Source of the DNA: an uncultured cyanobacterium
Lineage (GTDB): Bacteria; Cyanobacteriota; Cyanobacteriia; Cyanobacteriales; Microcystaceae
Reading direction: 5' to 3'
NCBI GenBank assembly: GCA_963807635.1
Contig: CAWEDJ010000080.1
Span: 1-17,331, forward strand
Length of the DNA: 17,331 nucleotides
Shown: positions 8,330 to 17,331 of the stretch, in pieces
How positions within the stretch are numbered: the first letter of the stretch is position 1
How the letters are laid out: every line of letters begins with the position of its first letter
Position numbers and translations under genes: made by a program
The notes under the pieces: model-generated
Seen by the model: the letters and a program-made list of their open reading frames with translations, nothing else
The model's database searches: none
Told to the model about the DNA's origin: nothing

Positions 8330-8919
8330 TGATTTCACCCCCTACTGCTTTGTAATCATTCCAAGCAATCCCAGCATAGCGATCGCCCTTCACTTCCGAA
8401 ACGATCACCCCGTCTAGGGCCGCCTTGGGATAAACTGCCAACCGAGTGATCATATTCGTCAAAACAGGTAAACCCGATCTTTTTTAAATAGGCTTTAGCT
8501 TCTGCTCCCACCGTTGAAGGGCGCGGGGGAACGATGGTGATTAAAATCTTAAAGTTTTGAACGTCTAGCTGTCTAAGCGTCTGGATGTTAGCATTTAAAG
8601 CTCCCATTGCCAAAACATCAGGCGTTGTCGGTAATAGTAATAAATCACAACCTCTTGAAAGACTTTTAATTTCTTCCGCTTCTGGCCGTGCGGGGGTATC
8701 AATAACAATGTGATCATACTGACGGGACGCTTTCAATCCTTCTCTCTCATCTACCACTGGAAAAGATAATTTTCCATGAGAAGCCCAAAGCATAGCCGAA
8801 CGATTTAAGTCTCCATCGATCAAAATAGTAGGAGCTTTCTGATTAAGATAGGCCGCTAGGTGAACGGCTGTTGTTGTCTTTCCGACTCCACCCTTAAAAG
8901 CCGTGACTGTTAAAATCAT
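8322..8919 (-). CDS. parA: Type Ib ParA ATPase; apparent frameshift at ~8457
   Basis: KGGVGKTT, LIDGD and IVIDTP motifs with no N-terminal HTH. The alternative frame gives MITRLAVYPKAALDGVIVSEVKGDRYAGIAWNDYKAVGGEING, stop at 8322-8324. Confidence 0.9.
8560..8591. repeat. 8-bp tandem repeats inside parA
   Basis: AACGTCTA-GCTGTCTA-AGCGTCTG-GATGTTAG. Confidence 0.5.
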
Positions 8920-8920
8920 A

Positions 8921-8952
8921 AACAGTTAACCGTTTAAACGTCTGACCATCTA
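8921..8952. repeat. 8-bp tandem repeats directly upstream of parA (operator/centromere-like)
   Basis: AACAGTTA-ACCGTTTA-AACGTCTG-ACCATCTA. Confidence 0.6.
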
Positions 8953-9998
8953 GACGGGATTGATTTTATAGTGTTCCTTCCTGGATAGGGTCTGGGGAAA
9001 AGGCGATCGCCGTAACGATTTTTGACAGTCAGATGATCTTCAAAAGAGAGATGTTAACGTCTAGGCTTCCACTACGCTAGTCATCCGACGATCAGGAAAC
9101 CGACCCGCGATCGCAAGTTAAGAGTGCGAAATTTATTAACACACTCTACAACATCTGCAATCATACTGACATGAATCCTTTGGAAGTTCAAATAGCATCA
9201 AACTTTAAATCTTGATTAACTTGATTAAGATTATAAATTTAGTATTGGCACATAATAAAATGATGAATATACTTAAGATATAGAAACAAGTAAATTTAAA
9301 TTATTCCTAACCTAGTCTGCTTCAGTACTGTTTAGCAAAGAACCTCTGCTAATGACTAGACAAGAGCTGGATCAACTAGGCTGACAAGAAAAATGAGAGG
9401 TAAAGCTTTATGCTTAAACGCCTATTTTCTTGTGGACTGATACTCGCTGCTTTGCTCAGTATGCCCCAAGTATTAGCAGACGAATCAACACCAAATGATT
9501 CCAATACTCAGGATTTCCCAACAGTAGTCGAAGATATCTGGTTAAAAGAAGAAGATTTGCCCTGGTCAACCCCTGTTTGGGTTAAAACACAAAATGAGAG
9601 CAGGTATCTAGCAGTAATTGATCGAGACTACAATGATGCGATGAACTTTGATGCGATTAAGGAACCTGGAATTTTGACGATATGGAGTCCTGAAACGCTT
9701 TTCGCCTATGGAGCAGTCATGCACCGCTCTTGCGTCACTTTGCTTTTTGTCCCTATTTGTAAAATCCATTTTCATCCCATTCTTGTATCGAGTGTACAAC
9801 TCAAAGTTGGTGACCAAATTTATAGATTAAGGGGCAAAGATAGTCACTTTTCAGTAGATAAGCCCATTGCTCAAAGTTTACGACAAGCTTCTTTAAAAAA
9901 TATGCCGATCATGGTTCGTATCGTCGTAACAGGTACAGGAAACCGTGTAACCCGTCCGATTGGGACAGAGACTCTTAAAGCTTGGCAAACTATTTATT

Positions 9999-11241
9999 GG
10001 CTCTCTTGTTGATCGTGTGATAAGTTTTTCTAATCATCAAAAGCTGCTAACAACCTTAATTTAAGATTATCAAAATTATTAAATCCATATCCTTGCCTCA
10101 TAATTAATTTGATTTTTGTATTTATTCCCTCCGCAGTAGCATTAGTCGTTCTGTTCGTAAAATAGTTACAGATCCCTTCTAAATGACCTTTAATCATTTG
10201 ACCAGATTGTTGGTATAGTAAACTCGCTGTTCTGAGCTATTTTTCAAGTTCCCTTTTTCCTCCCTTAAAAGTTTGCCTTTTTTCATAAATTTCTCTCAAT
10301 TCTTCTTTTATTTCGTAAGCAATTTTCAAACAAGGGTGTTCTACGAGTATTTTATTCAATTTTTCTTGCTCGTCTTTTTGTAACTTTTCTCCGTTACTTA
10401 ATAACAAAAATTTTATTCCTTTTTTTGTTACTTTCATCAGTTTTCTTAGCTTATTTAACTCTCTATTCACCTGTTGCATTACATGAAATCTGTCATAGAC
10501 TATTTTTGCTTTTGGAAATATTACTTCAATAACTTTGACAAACCCTGCCCACATATCTACACTAACTTCTTCTACTCCCTCTCTTGCCTCTAATTCCTTT
10601 TCAGACAAGACTTCTATTAAGTTATCCCCTTCGCGACCTTCGATAATTTCTAGTGGTTTTCCATTGTCTATGTTACTGACTACTGTTACAAAGTTTTTAT
10701 GTCCTTTCCTTTCAGCAAATTCATCAATTCCTACTTTTTTAGGATTACCCCACTCTCTTTTTTTACTTTTTTCTACATTGTTAAATATTGATTGCACTAT
10801 CTCTCTACTTATTTCTTCCTCTCGGCTCACTTTTTCGATATTTGAGTGCCTCACTTTTTCATGAATATTCTCTTCATAACGACTAGTATATCTATGTCTC
10901 CATCCAACAAATTCTAATCTTTCTGTCGAATATTTACCACACTTTTTACAATAATATTGTCTTCTTGGTACCCGCAGATATACCTTTTTTCCAAATACAG
11001 ATAAATCCCTTATTAGTACATATTCTTTTTGATGAATCTCGGTGAGTTTTTTTTGACAATGAGAACACTCTATTTCTTCATTAATTAATCCAATTTTAAA
11101 ATAAATAAAATTATCCACTTCTTGAAAACTTTCGACCGTTGCAAAGGGTAGATGAAGCAGTGTATCTAAGTAGATATCCATACTTACCTCCTATTTACTG
11201 TATCTCTATTGTACCATTTTCCCACAATACTCAAGAGAGCC
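9999..11241 (-). mobile_element. Full-length ISL3-family insertion sequence (1243 bp)
   Basis: Terminal IR GGCTCTCTTG (9999-10008) / CAAGAGAGCC (11232-11241); flanking direct repeat ATTTATT at 9992-9998 and 11242-11248. Confidence 0.95.
10030..11181 (-). pseudogene. ISL3 transposase with one in-frame TAG
   Basis: CSHC and CKKC zinc finger, GIDEF, VSVDM and YDRFHV motifs. After TAG at 10237-10239 (probably a former TGG) the same frame continues TTNATAEGINTKIKLIMRQGYGFNNF to a stop at 10030-10032. Confidence 0.9.
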
Positions 11242-12099
11242 ATTTATTCTGCTCAAACGGTTTCTCAAAAACCTGATTCTCTTTCTGATACCGTCGTTAA
11301 CATTGGTTCTTCTCAAAGTTTATTACCGAAATTACCAACTTCACTCAATCAAGCTAATTTACCAACGGTAAGTGGTGAACAATGGCGGTCTAATCAAGAT
11401 TTACCCTGGTCAGTTCCTGTGATTATTGTGGATGATTTTGAGGGCAATTATTTAGCCGTTTTGGATCGGGATAGTAATGAGGGTTTTTTAGTAGATGAAG
11501 TAACTGGTCTGGTCACAAACTGGGGAACTCAACGCCTACAAATTCATCCATTTCACCAAAATCCTCAGAGTTACAGAGCTTTATCGGTTTCTCAAATAAC
11601 CTTACAGATCGGTTCGCAGTCAGTTAGTTTACAAGGGGTAGATAATGAATTTTTAATTGATCAAGACTTAGCTAAACTATTATACGATGCCCAATTAGGG
11701 GAGGTGACTCTAAGTTACAAGGATGCTGAAGATAATGTCATTATCCATCCTATTGGCAATCAAACCATTGAATCATTGAAAATTCTTTATCAAGAGGCCT
11801 CTAAAATGAAATCTAATACCAAATAAATGGAGTGCGATCACCGCTTTCGTAGTGCGTTAATTAAATGTAACTCGCCTTTAAAATTGTCCATAACGTGATT
11901 TATTTTTGTTGGGTTACAATCCTTAGTGTGATCGCTAATCTGTAGATTGGTTTGACAATGGGAAACCTAAAATCTTATCGAATCGGTTAGCACACAAAAT
12001 CAAGTTTATTAAAGCGATCACGTCTAGCCCCAATAGATTACCGTGAAAATAGAAAAGGGGAAGTTCACAACTTCCACTACCCTGTCAATATTCAATATT

Positions 12100-12132
12100 A
12101 AAAAGCACCCCTATTTCTAGAGAGTGCCTTTT
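12100..12132 (-). terminator. Intrinsic terminator of psbA
   Basis: Minus strand GCACTCTCTA-GAAA-TAGGGGTGC-TTTTT, about 30 nt after the stop; the T-run on the other side could make it bidirectional. Confidence 0.8.
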
Positions 12133-12163
12133 GAAGAAATATTCAATTAATCGGCTTTTGAAA

Positions 12164-13243
<1,080 letters not shown>

Positions 13244-13291
13244 GGTTTTATGATTGCGGTGTTGATTGATTGATTTATTTATGATGTGTTT

Positions 13292-13321
13292 ACATTAACA
13301 AGGTTTGTAACAAATTGTAAA
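13292..13321 (-). promoter_or_regulatory. psbA promoter with HLR1 (RpaB) site
   Basis: Minus strand TTTACAAT-tt-GTTACAAA (13321-13304) matches the HLR1 consensus. -35 TTTACA, 18-bp spacer, TAATGT (13297-13292) preceded by TGn. Confidence 0.8.
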
Positions 13322-13428
13322 GAAGATTAATAATTTGCTTTTCTTGTTGAAGCTATAAGTTTTATTGATGATTACTTTCTCAGGCTTGGCTTAGTTCTAG
13401 CAACAGAAAATTTTTGGTCGTTAAGTAG

Positions 13429-13626
13429 CGAATTGAAAGCGATATGCCCATGCTTAAAGTCTCTCAGACACGGATGGAAGGGGAAATATCTACCGTTAAA
13501 AATGAATTGACTTTCATTCCAGAAGATGTCAAAGACCTAAAAGGTTCCCAACGTTCCCAGATATGAGTTCTCATCGTTGCTGTGGTAGGAGCCATTGTAA
13601 AATTTGGGTTTTTCCCTAATCCTTAA
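13429..13626 (+). pseudogene. Remnant of a small coiled-coil protein with C-terminal TM segment
   Basis: RIESDMPMLKVSQTRMEGEISTVKNEL...DVKDLKGSQRSQI*VLIVAVVGAIVKFGFFPNP; internal TGA at 13564-13566 where Trp would fit; no evident 5' end. Confidence 0.65.
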
Positions 13627-13648
13627 ACCGCGATCGCCGTAACGAATT

Positions 13649-14008
13649 TTGATCGTCCAGAAGCAGTTAGTTCAATTCAAGGTTGAGTCTGGATATAACG
13701 GGTCTCAGATTGATTGGGTCTCTGAAAATGCTCTGAATAATGCTGAAAAAGCTCATATTGAGACGATAAATTCTATTTTCCAACCAACCCTTGATTTCTC
13801 TGTCGAGACCCCTAACCTTAATAGCGGTTCTCAGGATTCTGTGGATTCATCCTTAAAAGTTGGCGATCGCCGTTATTGTCCCTCTCTTAAGGAGTCAGGA
13901 ATTATAACGACTATGGATAACGATGGAACAATTACAATTACTTATGAAAAAATGGGGGCTTGCAGTTACTCAAATGCTCAGACTGTTTTGGCTCGAACTG
14001 TTCTCTGA
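13649..14008 (+). pseudogene. Probable 3' remnant of a larger gene with a KOW/SH3-like tail
   Basis: TTG start without RBS, beginning just after a HIP1 site; tail LKVGDRRYCPSLKESGIITTMDNDGTITITYE. Confidence 0.35.
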
Positions 14009-14422
14009 CTTTATCTAACTTAGCCTCTCCTATTTGCTTAGGCTTACGGCTAATTGCCATCTTTATTATTTCCAATCAATATTCAATTAACACTCTAATA
14101 ACATTATTTTGATATCAAACTAATGCCAAAAAAAGAGGTTGATAAGGCATCATCATCACTGAGACTAGCTTATGATCTAAAATATTTAATTCAGTCACCG
14201 CCAATCCTTGGGGCAAGGGTGTCCTTTTGTCGAACCAACCAACGAAGCGGCTATTGCACTATCGATAAATTGAAAAACTACTTGTTTTCATGATTATGGG
14301 TAACTATGTTAATTAACGAAGTACCTCATATCGTTGAAAATTGTTTTTAAGTAATCGAAAACGTTATTTATCTGGTCTCAAAATCTGTACATTTTTGGCG
14401 CGTTGGGCTATTTTAGCCATCT

Positions 14423-15550
14423 TTAGACAAATTTAATAGGTACAGAAACGTTGACGGTTGTTTCTTTTCCATAAATACTGGTAATTGTCAATTTTCCCTT
14501 CGCTCCCTCGACAATTTTTTTGATGATCGCCAGTCCCAGACCCGTTCCTGATTGCTCTTGATTTGGTCGCTCAAACTGCATGAAAGCTCCAACTTTAGCA
14601 ATTTGTTGTTTCGTCATTCCTCGTCCCTGATCGTGGACGGAGATTTCCAGCATTCCATTAATGACTTGACTTTGAATGGTAATTTTGGTGCCTGTTTGAG
14701 AAAACTTGAGGGCATTATCGACTAATTCTTGGAGAATGATTAAAAAATATCTTTTGGATAAACGGACACCTATCTCTTGAAGATCAAAAACTAGATCATC
14801 TTTACGATTAACTTTGGCTGCTTGGGATTTTAATCTTGCCTAATCGTGGCAACAGGTAAATAAGTTTCTTCTATGGGTGTTGATTGGGGTTGAAGAGAAG
14901 CCAATTCTAACTCTAAATATAAAAGAAATTGATTGGTTACATCTTCAAGACGATGGGCGGATTGATTGGCTAAATCTAATAGTAATTGGACTTCGACAAT
15001 CCATATTTTTAATATTAACTTTTAGTAACTCAATAATGCTTGAAATCCCATTGACAGGGGTATTCAGTTCTTGGGATAAGCTGAGGAATAAGTTACCCGT
15101 TAACTCTTGTAAATTGCGGCCTAAAAACATTAATCGTATTTCGCTGAAGGTCTGAGAAACGTTGAATCGTATTATGCTGTTGTTTGATACGTAACATGGA
15201 TTTTACCCTGGCGCATAACTCAAGGCGATTAACGGGCTTACTAATGAAATCATCTGCTCCTCTTCTAACAAGGGTAGGATCTTCTTTGCTAGATAGGGCA
15301 GTTACCATAATAATGGGAACAATTTTCCATTGAAGATCGGTTTTAATTTTTTTACAAACGTCTATTCCATTTAGCCCAGGCATCATCACATCTAGCAAAA
15401 TCAAGTCGGGATTAACGGTGTCGAGAATACTGAGGGCTTCCTGACCATTAGATGCGTAATATAAGTGATAGCCTTGCACGTTAAAAGCGTTTCAATGACA
15501 TCAAAATTATCTGGTTCGTCATCAACAATAAGAATGGATGGAGGATTCAT
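14423..15550 (-). CDS. Hybrid response regulator/histidine kinase (REC-HisKA-HATPase); multiple frameshifts
   Basis: MNPPSILIVDDEPDNF, DLILLDVMMPG, ADDFISKP, SQELNTPVNGI, ELVDNALKFS, VHDQGRGM and GTGLGLAI spread over several frames. Confidence 0.88.
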
Positions 15551-15568
15551 TAATTAGGTAACCGAAAA

Positions 15569-17331
15569 TTAGAGAAACTGTTGAATAATTACGATTAGCT
15601 CTCTCATTTTAACAGGTTTACTCAGATAGTTATTCGCACCTGCGGCTAAACAGCGATCGCGATCGCCATCGGTAGCTAAAGCGGTCAAAGCAATAATGGG
15701 TTTATCGACAAATTGGGGATCATGGCGAAGGTGTTTAATGACTTCCAAACCATCTATGCCAGGAATTTGGATATCCATCAAGATTAAATCAGGTTGTTCG
15801 GATTGGTGCAGTGCGATCCCGGTTTCTCCATCCTCTGCCTCGATCAGACGATAACCTTTTGCTTTGAGGTAAGCGGAAAAAGTCAGACGATTAGCTTTAT
15901 TGTCCTCCACTAACAAAATTAAAGGGGATGACAAAGGCACCAGAACATCAGGAGAACTGTCTAAAGTCGTCAATGAAGACTCTATTGGAGCGGTCGAGAT
16001 TGGCACTGAAGTACAAGGCAGATCAATCGTAAAACAACTGCCTTTGCCTAAAGTACTCGTTAATCCCACTTGACCCCCATGCAATTCAACAATTCTTTTC
16101 ACTAACGCCAACCCTAATCCTGTTCCTTCATATTTGCGATTGAGCGCACTATCAATTTGAGGCAAACGGCTGAAACAGTTTGTCGATATTTTCAGGTGAT
16201 ATGCCAAACCCCCGTATCTTTAACGGCTAAACGAAGAAATGGTAGAGAACTGTTAAGACTGGGAATACTCACTTCGAGGCTAATATACCCGCCTTCGGGA
16301 GTAAATTTCACAGCATTATTAAGTAAATTAATTAATACTGGCGATACGCCGTTCATCTACCAGTAAATGGGGAAATGAGTCGGCAATTTGGTTTCACCTT
16401 GAATATTTTTTTGAAAAACTTGGGACGATCAACAGTAAACTCGATTGACAGAGGGAGCTACGGCTACGGACGCAACGTCAAGTTCAACCTGACTCATCGA
16501 ATTTTCGCAAAATCTAAAATATCGTTGATTAAAGACAACAAATGGGAGCCACTGCTTTCAATCGTTTGTAGTGCTTTACGTTGTTTGGGCTAATCTCGCC
16601 AAAGAGTTGTTCTTGTAAACCTCGGGTCATGCCTAGAACTACGGTAAGGGGAGTACGGAGTTCATGACTCATGGTTGCTAAAAATTCATCTTTAAGGCGG
16701 TTTGCCCGAATCAATTCTTCATTCGTTTGTTGCAATTGCATTTCGACTTTTTTTGTTCTGCTTCGCGGTGTTTTGTAAGGCTAATATCTTGAAAAGCAAT
16801 AATCGCATAGGTAATTGCTCCTGAGTCATCATAAACAGGTGTACCGAATACTTCGAGGGGAATTCTTTTGTTTCCGATTAAAAGTTCTAAATCATCCAAA
16901 TGACTCCCTTCTCCTTGTAACGCACGGATCACAGGAAGTTGATCGACGGGATAAACTTCGTCTGTATTTTCCCGATAGGGTTGGAAATCAACTGCCATTG
17001 CTTCTGCGGTCACGCCTTCCCGCACCCCGGTCTGTATAATTTCTTTAGCTACTTGATTAAAATAAATAGTAAAGGCCGTCAGAATTATGAATAATGATGC
17101 CAACGGGAATAGCATCTAAAAATTGTTGGAGTTGTTGATTGCTGTTTTCGAGTTTAGTCAGCGTAAGCTGGAGGTTCGTTTGCGAGGTCTGAATCTCCTG
17201 GGTCATTTGATTAAAGGATTGGGCTAGGCGATTGAGTTCAATAATATTTTCAGTTTTAGGGAGTTCGAGTTGCCAATTATCTCCTTCTGCCAATAACTGA
17301 CTGGCTCGACTTAAACGTTTAATGGGTTGGG
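15569..17331 (-). CDS. Hybrid sensor kinase (HAMP-PAS-HisKA-HATPase-REC); 5' end outside window; multiple frameshifts
   Basis: [12 protein letters not shown] (HAMP), FLDAIPVGI...IIAFQDIS (PAS), [50 protein letters not shown]...LILMDIQ...YLSKP. Confidence 0.92.

Larger units (their letters stand above)
9410..11826 (+). pseudogene. Secreted two-domain hypothetical protein (388 aa when rejoined), interrupted by ISL3
   Basis: Joining 9410-9998 to 11249-11826 restores one frame (...AWQTIYSAQTVSQK...). Signal peptide present; both halves share DLPWSxPV, YLAVxDRD and PIGxxT. Confidence 0.88.

Noticed and set aside
14110..14292. Possible degraded minus-strand gene starting MKTSSF
   Set aside because: Early stop, several frame changes needed, and no recognisable motif.

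Overview
Cyanobacterial DNA (AT-rich, dense HIP1 GCGATCGC, ycf34, psbA). Left: a membrane protein with a GUN4-like domain, ycf34 and a CC-adding-type tRNA nucleotidyltransferase. From ~3460 to ~9110 lies a plasmid-like island next to a 5'-truncated IS1634. It holds a glycine-zipper protein, an RHH/coiled-coil/Rho_N protein, three small genes behind two copies of a 116-bp periodic TTATA-array promoter, an HTH-PIN toxin-antitoxin-like pair, and a type Ib ParA plus RHH partner with three clusters of 8-bp repeats. Next is a two-domain secreted-protein gene split at the start of its linker by a full-length ISL3 (7-bp target duplication), then an E130 psbA with an HLR1 promoter, two gene remnants and two hybrid two-component genes. 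Many conserved genes carry single-base indels, most likely assembly errors. The best candidate for an undescribed system is the 4475-6934 module. All calls come from manual reading; no searches were run.
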